This document shows, piece by piece, positions 18,792 to 27,170 of a stretch of 64,000 nt of DNA. The position numbers and the translations under genes were made by a program. The stretch covers positions 1 to 64,000 of the forward strand of contig JBMNFY010000008.1 of the NCBI GenBank assembly GCA_050949565.1. The letters are read 5' to 3'. The notes under the pieces are model-generated. The model was not told the origin of the DNA. It made no database searches and worked only from the letters and a program-made list of their open reading frames with translations. Within the stretch, counting starts at the first letter, position 1; every line of letters starts with the position of its first letter. The stretch is from Kiritimatiellia bacterium (GTDB lineage Bacteria > Verrucomicrobiota > Kiritimatiellia > RFP12 > UBA1067).

Positions 18792-20027
18792 TCAATGTGA
18801 CACGACCACCTTTTCACCCTTGGGCTGTCCGATCGCTTGCAACATCGCGACAAACCACGGCGCGTCGATATCGAAAGGCTTGCCGCCCTTGATCCGCGCA
18901 AACTCACAGGCGCGCAATTCGCCGTTTTTGTCTTCATCCTCGCCGACCACGCCGCCCACGCCCGCCAGCGCGCACTCGACCGCTTTCTTAGCACAGGCCT
19001 GGATCAGTTCCTTGTCCTGCGCATTCGGCGCAGCCGCCCGGCTGTAGTACCCGCTCTTCTGAACCATCGTTTTTTCGGCACCCAGCAGACGGCCGAACCG
19101 CTCCGCAAACCAACTGCCGACGTTGACCTTGTCCAGACGCGGATGGCCGAATGCATCGCGCGGCACCGTCTCGCCTGCCGCCTCCAGTTCCGCGATGATC
19201 ACGTTCAAGCAGGCGCCTTCCGAGACAAAGATGTTCACGCCGTCATTCTTGTCCATGATCGCGCGCAGGCGCTCCGCCTCGGCCTTGGAGTCAAACGTCA
19301 TCTCGGGCACATACACTGCATGCACCTCTTCGCGATCGCGCGTCAGGCCGAACTCCGGCAGGTAGTGGGTCGCGTCCATACGCCGACGATATGCCGCCGC
19401 AGTGGCAGCCGTCAACCAGCCGCAGTTGCGTCCCATCACCTCATGTACGATCAGCATACGCGGGTTCGCCGTGTTCTCCTTGACGATGTTGCTGAAAAAG
19501 TTCGCGCCCTCTTCGGCGGCAGTCCACGCGCCGAGGCTCTGGCGGATCGGATACACGTCGTTATCGATTGTTTTGGGCAGGCCCACCACCGTGAGACCGT
19601 AATCGTTCTTCGCGAGAAACGTCGCCAACTCCGCAGCCGCCGTATTGGTGTCGTCCCCGCCGATCGTGTGCAGCACATCGACACCGTCTTTGACGAGCTG
19701 GTCCGCCGCGACCTTTTGCGGGTCCTCACCCTCTTTGACCAATCCGCGTTTGACGCAGTCCTTCACGTTTGTGAGCTTCACACGGCTGTTGCCGATGGGG
19801 CTGCCGCCATGCTCGGTGAGATAGAGCGCATGCTCACGCACGGTCGGCGTGACCTTGATGCTCTGGCCCTTCAACAAGCCCATGTAGCCGTTGATATAGC
19901 CGATGATCTCGACCTCCGGTGCCACACGGGTATATTCGTCAATCAAATACCCAATCGCCGAACTGAGGCACGGTGCTAAACCGCCCGCCGTCAAAATGCC
20001 TACCTTTTTCACCTGTTTGCTCATCAT
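18792..20027 (-). CDS. pfp: Pyrophosphate-dependent 6-phosphofructokinase
   Basis: TAGGLAP, TIGGDDT (Asp indicates PPi use), LPKTIDND, EVMGRNCG. Confidence 0.95.
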   Translation of the reverse strand: MMSKQVKKVGILTAGGLAPCLSSAIGYLIDEYTRVAPEVEIIGYINGYMGLLKGQSIKVTPTVREHALYLTEHGGSPIGNSRVKLTNVKDCVKRGLVKEGEDPQKVAADQLVKDGVDVLHTIGGDDTNTAAAELATFLAKNDYGLTVVGLPKTIDNDVYPIRQSLGAWTAAEEGANFFSNIVKENTANPRMLIVHEVMGRNCGWLTAATAAAYRRRMDATHYLPEFGLTRDREEVHAVYVPEMTFDSKAEAERLRAIMDKNDGVNIFVSEGACLNVIIAELEAAGETVPRDAFGHPRLDKVNVGSWFAERFGRLLGAEKTMVQKSGYYSRAAAPNAQDKELIQACAKKAVECALAGVGGVVGEDEDKNGELRACEFARIKGGKPFDIDAPWFVAMLQAIGQPKGEKVVVSH

Positions 20028-20070
20028 TTCTCCTTATTAAAATCCAGTGCTCACAGAAAACGTGCCGCAC

Positions 20071-20100
20071 AGTATAGAAAAACACAAGGTGCCAAGACAA
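20071..20100 (-). promoter_or_regulatory. Putative sigma70 promoter of pfp
   Basis: Minus strand TTGTCT-18 bp-TATACT. Confidence 0.5.
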
Positions 20101-20139
20101 GCAAAGTCGTAGCCGCAGTCGGTCAGTGACGAGGGGGCT

Positions 20140-20406
20140 GCTCGGTTGTTTCACCACGGAGACACGGAGGCACAGAGGTTTTTGGGGGAGACATAGCTCG
20201 GTTTTTGGAACCGCCAAGGCGCCAAGAACGCCAAGGTTTTTGGGGAGGATAGTGCGCGGGTTTATTTAACGCAGAGGCGCAGAGGCGCAGAGACGCAGAG
20301 GCTTTGGATGGCAGGGCTCGAGTTTTTTAGCCGCAGAGATCGCAAAGATCGCAGAGGTTTTTTGGAGCAGGGCTGACCGCAAGTCGCAAGTCGCAGGTCG
20401 CGAGTC
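20140..20406. repeat. Higher-order array of five ~56-62-bp units, each holding a different 7-9-mer tandem core
   Basis: Units start at about 20140, 20196, 20254, 20316 and 20372; scaffold GCTCGG-T-rich-[core x3-4]-AGGTTTTTGG. Confidence 0.8.
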
Positions 20407-20409
20407 CAA

Positions 20410-20812
20410 TCTGTACCCGTACACGGAACGCGTCTTTTCCTGCTTCGTGAACGTGTGCCGCTGCGCTGTGAACGTGTACGTCAGGTTGTGCCGTTCGTGG
20501 CGTTTCGTGGCGTAGCGAAAATTTTGGAGTGCGGTGACAAGAGCCGCGCTGTGCGCGGGTCGCGGCACCGCTTTCCCTCCGCGCTGTGCGCGGAGACACA
20601 CTGGTCCCCACACTGTCTCATACACTTAATCGGATACCCTTAGTCATGCGAGTCGAGTGCGTGTTTTGTGCGTATGCAAAGGTGGCGTGGGCGTCCCGCC
20701 CGCTCTGTGAAAGGGCGCCCGTGATTCCGGCGCGCGGTTTGATTTCAAAAGGAAATACGCGCGTCAACCTTTTGCAAGGCACGTTGTCGCAGGCGGGGAC
20801 GCCCGCGCTACC
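20410..20812. repeat. Further repeat and REP-like motifs in the pfp / radical SAM intergenic region
   Basis: gtgaacgtgt hexamer runs; ttcgtggcgt repeats; ttggagtgcggtg...caccgctttc palindrome; inverted pair ggtggcgtgggcgtcccgc / gcggggacgcccgcgctacc. Confidence 0.65.
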
Positions 20813-20956
20813 TTCTCACCGCTCCCCTTTTCACCAGAATGATCCTCGCGCCCCCCCCCCCCTGTCACCAACCGATTACGCTTCCCTTTTGGGGGGCGCT
20901 TGGCTAAACTTGGTGCCATTTCTTGGGAAATCAAGTTTTGTGTGAATTGACACCTT

Positions 20957-22426
20957 ATGCGCATTGCCATCGCCTATCCACCGTTGCCGTCTGACAAAGG
21001 GGTGCCTCTGCTGTCGCAGAACCGCCAGTTCCAATGGTTTTCACGGCCGACCTACATCTATCCGGTAGTGCCCGCGCTGGCAGCGACGCAGGCACACCGC
21101 GCCGGCCACGAGGTGGCCTGGCTGGACGGGATCGCCAGCGGTTGGTCGCCGGACGAGTTTGATAAGCGGCTGGACGCATTCGCGCCCGATGTTGTAATGA
21201 TCGAGACCAAGACGCCGGTGGTACGCCGCCACTGGGAGATCATCTGCGCGATGAAAGCGCGCCGCCCCGACACGGCCGTGGTGTTGGTGGGCGACCACGT
21301 CACTGCACTACCCGAAGAGAGTTTCGCGCAGTGCCCGGTGGACTACGTACTGACCGGTGGCGACTACGACTTCTTATTGCTCAATCTACTTGCGGCGTTG
21401 CAGGCTGCGGCCGGCGGCACGCCTGACCCGGCCGCCTTCGAGCCCGGCATCTACTGGCGCGAGGGCGAGACAATTCGGAACAGCGGCGCCTTTCGGCTGG
21501 ACCACGACCTCAAGAGTCTGCCGTGGATCGATCGCGACCTGACGCAATGGCAGCTCTACGCGGAGAAGAACGGCAACTTCCGCCGCACGCCCGGAACCTA
21601 CATCATGTCTGGGCGCGACTGTTGGCACGGCAAGTGTACCTTCTGTTCGTGGACCACGTTATACCCGACCTACCGCGCGCGTGACCCCATAGATGTGGTC
21701 GACGAGATCGGCGAGTTGATCGAACGTTACGACGTGCGTGAGATCATGGACGACACCGGCAGTCTGCCGGCAGGCGCATGGCTGAAGACCTTCTGCGAGG
21801 AGATGATCGCGCGCGGCTACCACAAGCGGGTGCGCATCGACTGCAACATGCGCTTCGGTTGTCTTGACGAAGCCGCCTACCGCCTGATGCGCAAGGCCGG
21901 TTTCCGGCTGGTGCTGTCCGGGCTGGAGTCGGCCAACCAGACCACACTCGACCGTCTGGTCAAGGCATTGACCGTAGAACAGATCGAAGAGGGCGCACGT
22001 CTGGCTTCGCATGCCGGACTGGACGTACACGTAACGGTCATGTTCGGTTATCCATGGGAGGGCGAGAGCGAGATCGCCAATACCGTTAACCTCGCACAGC
22101 GTCTGTTGCGCAAGGGATACGCCTACACACTGCAAGTCACGATGGTAGTCCCCTACCCCGGCACGCCGCTCTTCCGCGAACTGGATCAGGCCGGGCTGCT
22201 GTTGACGCGGGAGTGGGACGAATATGACATGCGCCGCCAGGTGATGGCGTCCGGCGTCCCCGAAAAAAGCATCAAGGCCGCCGTGCGGCAGGTCTACAGG
22301 GCGTTCCTGCACCCGGAAACGATCGTGCGACGGATTTTTTCCACGCGTGATCCGTTGGCGGACTTGGCATTTTACTGGCGAGGCTTTTTGTCGGTTGCGG
22401 GCCATCTTCGTGACTTTAAAGGTTAA
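20957..22426 (+). CDS. B12-binding radical SAM protein
   Basis: RDCWHGKCTFC cysteine motif; N-terminal cobalamin-binding-like domain; PYPGTPL. Confidence 0.9.
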   Translation: MRIAIAYPPLPSDKGVPLLSQNRQFQWFSRPTYIYPVVPALAATQAHRAGHEVAWLDGIASGWSPDEFDKRLDAFAPDVVMIETKTPVVRRHWEIICAMKARRPDTAVVLVGDHVTALPEESFAQCPVDYVLTGGDYDFLLLNLLAALQAAAGGTPDPAAFEPGIYWREGETIRNSGAFRLDHDLKSLPWIDRDLTQWQLYAEKNGNFRRTPGTYIMSGRDCWHGKCTFCSWTTLYPTYRARDPIDVVDEIGELIERYDVREIMDDTGSLPAGAWLKTFCEEMIARGYHKRVRIDCNMRFGCLDEAAYRLMRKAGFRLVLSGLESANQTTLDRLVKALTVEQIEEGARLASHAGLDVHVTVMFGYPWEGESEIANTVNLAQRLLRKGYAYTLQVTMVVPYPGTPLFRELDQAGLLLTREWDEYDMRRQVMASGVPEKSIKAAVRQVYRAFLHPETIVRRIFSTRDPLADLAFYWRGFLSVAGHLRDFKG

Positions 22427-22605
22427 TGCGGTGGGCTAACAGTACTCTAAAGATGGCTTAACGATGTGCTAACGTTCGATTTTTTTGATTTTTCCTCCCC
22501 TTTTCTGGTTGCCGCACCGGGGTAATGGTGATACACTGCTATCGAATTCTATGGGAGAGCTGTGCCGGTCCCCGTGTTGAGGAAGCGACATTTTTGAAAA
22601 GAGCG

Positions 22606-23250
22606 ATGCAAAAGTTCGTTTGGCGTTGGGTTTTGTGTTTAATGGTCGTAGCGTGTAGCGGGTGTCGGACGACAACGCCGGACGAGTTGGGGCCGGAGCC
22701 GGTTCACGTTCCCGAAGGGGAACCGACAATACGGCCGGGGCTGACGTTGCGGGTTTCCGTGACTGCCTCGGGAGAGATGGCGGTGAAAGAGGAGTTGAAA
22801 GAGGTCAACGCAAATGGAGAGATCCTGATGCCATTGATCGCGGCGGTGAAGTGTGAGGGACTGACGATCGTCGAGTTGCAAGAGAAGATCAAGGTCGCCT
22901 ACAAGGATTACTACATCGATCCGCAGGTGACGGTAGGTTTTGTGTATGTGCCGGATTCGGGGATGAAGTCGCCATGGGGTACGGTCAACGTGCAGGGCGA
23001 AGTGGTCAGGCCAGGGCCGGTTAACATGCCCTCGACGCGGGATTTGAATGTGACGCGGGCGCTGATGATGGCGGGCGGAGCGACGCCGCTGGCCGACAAG
23101 CGCAAGGTGCGTGTGACGCGGCGCGAGGCGGATGGGACGAAGAGGACGTTTGTGGTGGACATTGAGAAGATCGGAAGGGAAGGGCGTTCGGACTTGGACG
23201 TAACGCTGAAGCCGGGCGACGTCGTTTGGGTGCCCGAATCGTGGTATTGA
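22606..23250 (+). CDS. wza: Polysaccharide export lipoprotein (Wza/Poly_export + SLBB)
   Basis: Lipobox-like CSGC; VNANGEILMPLI...GLTIVEL; GEVVRPG; LKPGDVVWVPES. Confidence 0.85.
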   Translation: MQKFVWRWVLCLMVVACSGCRTTTPDELGPEPVHVPEGEPTIRPGLTLRVSVTASGEMAVKEELKEVNANGEILMPLIAAVKCEGLTIVELQEKIKVAYKDYYIDPQVTVGFVYVPDSGMKSPWGTVNVQGEVVRPGPVNMPSTRDLNVTRALMMAGGATPLADKRKVRVTRREADGTKRTFVVDIEKIGREGRSDLDVTLKPGDVVWVPESWY

Positions 23251-23303
23251 GTGCTCATTGGCATTGAGTGTTCATAACGTTGAGTGCAAGGTGAAGGAGA
23301 GTC

Positions 23304-24338
23304 ATGATGATGAAACGGTTCACATCTGGTTGGTGTACAGCGGCAGCGATGGCGTTGCTCGTGGCGGGTCCGGGCCTTTTCGCCCAGGAAGGCGCCACAT
23401 TAACCCGGGCCCAATGGCTGAAGAAAGTGGGAGCCTCCGTATCCGATGAGGCCGTGTTGCGCGAGACGATGGCGAATCTTACGCCGGAAGATAAGGTCGA
23501 GTTCGCACAACGGGTCATCAAGGCGGCTACGCGACTTCCGGCAAGCCCAGAGGAGAAAAGTGCGGCGCTGGTCAAGTCGTCCGTCGCCAGCATCGCAAGT
23601 GCTACTGGCGACACCAAACAGCAGGTGATCGCCAAAGTATTCGCCGGGACCCCGGTTGAGTACCTGCCGGTTGTTTCGGAAGAACTGGCGAAGCGCTTTG
23701 ACCAAGAATTCAACAAGCTGTCCAATGAGCAGTTTGAAAAGATCGCCTCCGACACCGTGGCGGTGTGCATCAAGGAAAACGCCGAGACTGACGCTCCCTC
23801 TGTGCGCAATACGTTCGCGCTTCTCGTTTTCCTGCGCGGCGCGAAGGACCCCGCCTTGCAGAACAAATTGATCACTCAACTGCCGGATGAGCGCATGCGC
23901 AACTTGGCGGCATCTTGGGTGCCGCCCGCGCTCAAAGACAAAAACTACGAGGCGATGCTCGCGGCGGCCGATGTGGGCGAAATGCAAATCAATGACCACA
24001 TCTTGCTCCGTCTGATCGGGCATGCGAACCTTGACCGTCTGCTGGCCGACCTGAATGCCAATCTCGGAGTCAAGCCAGTTGAGTGGGTCGATGAGACTGG
24101 TACAAACACGGTGACGACGACGTGGGTTCCGCTCTCGCAGGTACGCTCCGTGGGCGGTTTCGTGGTGGGCGGCGGCTCATCTATGGGGATGCTGGACCAC
24201 GCATCCGATTACGGCATCAACCGGACGCCGCTCTATCCGCAGGGCTACCAGAATCAGGGAACCAGTGTGTACTGTTGTATCGAAGATGGGGTTGTGATTA
24301 GGGTTCCGGCCAGGACACCGGCACCTGGGAAACGTTAA
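23304..24338 (+). CDS. Secreted alpha-helical hypothetical protein within the EPS locus
   Basis: Signal peptide ending LFA-Q; RBS AAGGAG; host-like codon usage. Confidence 0.75.
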   Translation: MMMKRFTSGWCTAAAMALLVAGPGLFAQEGATLTRAQWLKKVGASVSDEAVLRETMANLTPEDKVEFAQRVIKAATRLPASPEEKSAALVKSSVASIASATGDTKQQVIAKVFAGTPVEYLPVVSEELAKRFDQEFNKLSNEQFEKIASDTVAVCIKENAETDAPSVRNTFALLVFLRGAKDPALQNKLITQLPDERMRNLAASWVPPALKDKNYEAMLAAADVGEMQINDHILLRLIGHANLDRLLADLNANLGVKPVEWVDETGTNTVTTTWVPLSQVRSVGGFVVGGGSSMGMLDHASDYGINRTPLYPQGYQNQGTSVYCCIEDGVVIRVPARTPAPGKR

Positions 24339-24367
24339 TTTTAATGGTAGCAGGAAGGAGAAGTCGT

Positions 24368-25555
24368 ATGACTACGAGGAGTATTTCGACGGTGTGGATG
24401 GGCGTCGTCCTGTTTACTGTGCTCTTAGGGTTCACAGGTTTTGCACAGGAAACACGCGGATTCAAATTCAATAACCTGACGGTCTCGCCGTACGTGAATG
24501 TTGAGTATAATTATGACTCAAACGTCGATCTCGACAGGCGCGAATATGATGACAGCTACCTGACCGTCAATCCGGGTGTCGATCTGACTTATACCGGAAA
24601 TGACTGGGGGTTGAAAGGTAACGTCTGGTACGGTTACGACAAGTATATTGACTACGACGAGTTGGACGAGCCGCGCTACGGGCAGAGCCTCTCCGTATAC
24701 AAGGAATCGGCCAAGGGGTGGCGTCTGGTGTTGGGCGAGAGCTATATGAAGAGCCGCGTCGATGATTCGATTCTCGATGGCGGGCGCGGCATCTGGCGCG
24801 AGCGTGACATCTTTGAATTGACGGGCGCACTCTCGTATCAGATGGGCGAGCGGACCGGCATCACGCTGAGCGGTCTCTACTCCGATCTCAACTACAGCAA
24901 CGACAACAACATGTACGGGCGGCTGTATGGTTGGCAGGAGTGGAGCGCGGGCTTGGAATTGGCGCGCAAGTTGACCGAAAAGAGCAACCTGCTGATCTCC
25001 GGCTCGTATCAGGAGTATGAGTCTGATGGTGCCAAGGGGCTCTCGTCCGATAGCACAGGCTACACGCTGATGGCCGGTTTCGGCTCCCGCGCCACCGAGC
25101 GTATTTCCTACCGCGCCCTGACCGGCGTGGGTTGGTTCGACTACGCGGATGACGACCAACTGACCGGCTGGACCTACAGCCTCGACGCGAATTGGCTGAT
25201 CAACAAGAAGTGGGCTGCATCGGTGGCCGGGTCCAGCTACTTCCAGCCCAGTGAGCGCGAAGCCAATCAAGCCATGCAGGTCTATACGTTGTCAGGCGGT
25301 TTGACCTATCGTCCGATGCGTAAGCTCACCACCCGCATGGACCTCGCTTATCGCCGTGAGGAGAACGAATACGCGCGGGCTGGAGTCGGCGACGTGACGG
25401 ATGATGTTTTCTCCGTGCGGTTCCGTGCGGACTACCAATTGATGCAGTACGTCTCCGTGTACGGCGGACTGACGTATGAGGATTGGAAATCGGACGACCG
25501 CAGTCAGGAGTTCGACCGTTTCCTGGGAACGGTGGGCCTGCGCTTCCGCTACTAA
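24368..25555 (+). CDS. Outer-membrane beta-barrel protein (EPS-export associated)
   Basis: Signal peptide, alternating aromatic beta-strands, C-terminal GLRFRY; RBS AAGGAG before ATG 24368. Confidence 0.8.
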   Translation: MTTRSISTVWMGVVLFTVLLGFTGFAQETRGFKFNNLTVSPYVNVEYNYDSNVDLDRREYDDSYLTVNPGVDLTYTGNDWGLKGNVWYGYDKYIDYDELDEPRYGQSLSVYKESAKGWRLVLGESYMKSRVDDSILDGGRGIWRERDIFELTGALSYQMGERTGITLSGLYSDLNYSNDNNMYGRLYGWQEWSAGLELARKLTEKSNLLISGSYQEYESDGAKGLSSDSTGYTLMAGFGSRATERISYRALTGVGWFDYADDDQLTGWTYSLDANWLINKKWAASVAGSSYFQPSEREANQAMQVYTLSGGLTYRPMRKLTTRMDLAYRREENEYARAGVGDVTDDVFSVRFRADYQLMQYVSVYGGLTYEDWKSDDRSQEFDRFLGTVGLRFRY

Positions 25556-25589
25556 GCGCTTGCCTACCTAGCGCTGTGATTGAAGAATG

Positions 25590-25633
25590 AAAAGTCCGCC
25601 TGCACGAAGTCTGAAGTGTGGGCGGCTTTTTTG
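25590..25633 (+). terminator. Rho-independent (possibly bidirectional) terminator
   Basis: aaaag-ccgcctgcac...gtgtgggcgg-cttttttg. Confidence 0.7.
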
Positions 25634-25659
25634 TGTGATGGCAACAAGATGGTTGAGAT

Positions 25660-27072
25660 ATGGTTCATAGGCTGTTGACGAAATACGGATTGATCGCCCA
25701 TGTTGCCTGCATCTGCCTTTTTCCGGTCAGCGTGTTTGGCCAGTCGCGCGTCGCAGGACTCACGCCGCTTTTCTGGCTCGCCCTCATGGTGGTCGAATGG
25801 ATGTTTCTCCTGCCGTCCGTCAAACGCGGTGAAACATTGGTAGATGCGCGCCGCCGTATGCTGCACGCCCTGCTGTGGGATCCGTTCCTATATGCAGGTG
25901 TCGGGCTCGTCGCCTTGATGATGATTCAATACTTGAACAGCGGCCTCGAACTCGTTTATCTGCCGGATGCGGATATCTGGCAGTTAAGCGATCCGACTGT
26001 CACGTGGGCTCCGTTTGCCGTAGAAAGCAACGCGGTATTCACGCACCTTGCATGGTTCACGGCATGCTGCGTGGTCGGAGTCGCGTTGCGCGCCGCTGCT
26101 GGCAGAGGGGCCAAACGCGTGCTGCTCCAACTGCTCGCATGCGCCAGCGGCGCGATCTCACTCTGCATGGTTACGCTGGCCTCATGTGGTTCCGCCCCCT
26201 ATGCTTCATGGACGAACGGGACCGGAGCACCAGCCGCTGGCACTTTTTTTGGATTCTGGATGCTGTTGGGTATCGGACTGTTTGTCAACAAAGCAGAACG
26301 CGAGCAACGCATGTCGATTCCACTGTTTATCTTAGCGGGTATCGGCAATCTGCTCGGCGTGCTCTTTTTTGCATCACCGCTGATGACGATTGTTTTTCCG
26401 GTGATCGGCGTGCTCCTGTTGTTTTACGGGATGGTCTATCTCGCTCCCCTGACCCCAAAAGGAATGCAACTCAAGCTGTTTGTTATCCATGTCCTTTGCC
26501 TCGGCGTCATTGCGGCCAGCCTCGTCTATCTGTTTCCGCAAAACCCCGTTGCCGAGAAGATGAAGAGTGCGTTGCCCGTTGCAGAACATTGGACAGCGCT
26601 TGCAGCCCGTCATGAGGTCCGTTCCGATGCCGCACTCTCAATCTGGCAGCAACACCCTTGGACGGGCGTCGGGGCTGACGGCTTTTACCACTATGTGGCC
26701 TTGGCCGTGACGCAGGATCAATGGAGCCTCATCGAGCAGGACAGGGCGCTTGTTTTCAGCGACGGCCTCCAGTTCCTCTGCGAGCATGGTGTTTTCGGTG
26801 CCGGCCTCGTACTGGCGGCGATCATTGCCCTGCTTGTCCCGCTGTGTTACAGAGCCCGGGTTCTCTGGCAGAACAAGATGAGTCGCGAAACGTCCGGCCA
26901 CGCCGCCTTTCTGCTCCGTCTCTCACCGATTGTCGTGACTGGTTGTGTGGCGGCCGTGCTTTGTTGTCTCGAAAGTTTTATCGCCAGTCCGTTCAGAGCA
27001 CCTGCCGTAATGCTGTCGTGGGTATGTGTTCTGGCCGCACTGCCGGCTTTTCTACCCCAGAGCGGAACGTAA
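25660..27072 (+). CDS. O-antigen ligase / Wzy_C-like membrane protein
   Basis: Many TM helices; IWQQHPWTGVGADGF and LQFLCEHGVFG motifs. Confidence 0.75.
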   Translation: MVHRLLTKYGLIAHVACICLFPVSVFGQSRVAGLTPLFWLALMVVEWMFLLPSVKRGETLVDARRRMLHALLWDPFLYAGVGLVALMMIQYLNSGLELVYLPDADIWQLSDPTVTWAPFAVESNAVFTHLAWFTACCVVGVALRAAAGRGAKRVLLQLLACASGAISLCMVTLASCGSAPYASWTNGTGAPAAGTFFGFWMLLGIGLFVNKAEREQRMSIPLFILAGIGNLLGVLFFASPLMTIVFPVIGVLLLFYGMVYLAPLTPKGMQLKLFVIHVLCLGVIAASLVYLFPQNPVAEKMKSALPVAEHWTALAARHEVRSDAALSIWQQHPWTGVGADGFYHYVALAVTQDQWSLIEQDRALVFSDGLQFLCEHGVFGAGLVLAAIIALLVPLCYRARVLWQNKMSRETSGHAAFLLRLSPIVVTGCVAAVLCCLESFIASPFRAPAVMLSWVCVLAALPAFLPQSGT

Positions 27073-27170
27073 AGATGCGATTTAGGTTTTGTAGAAACTG
27101 AACTTGTACCCGATTTGACTGGGCTGAACCGGCCCGATACGCTACACTGTGACCTTCAATTTGGAGATGC

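Noticed and set aside
20266-20945. Small ORFs in the pfp / radical SAM intergenic region
   Set aside because: They are made of repeat translations (LCDLCDLCG, LRLCASAPLR) with no convincing RBS or domain.
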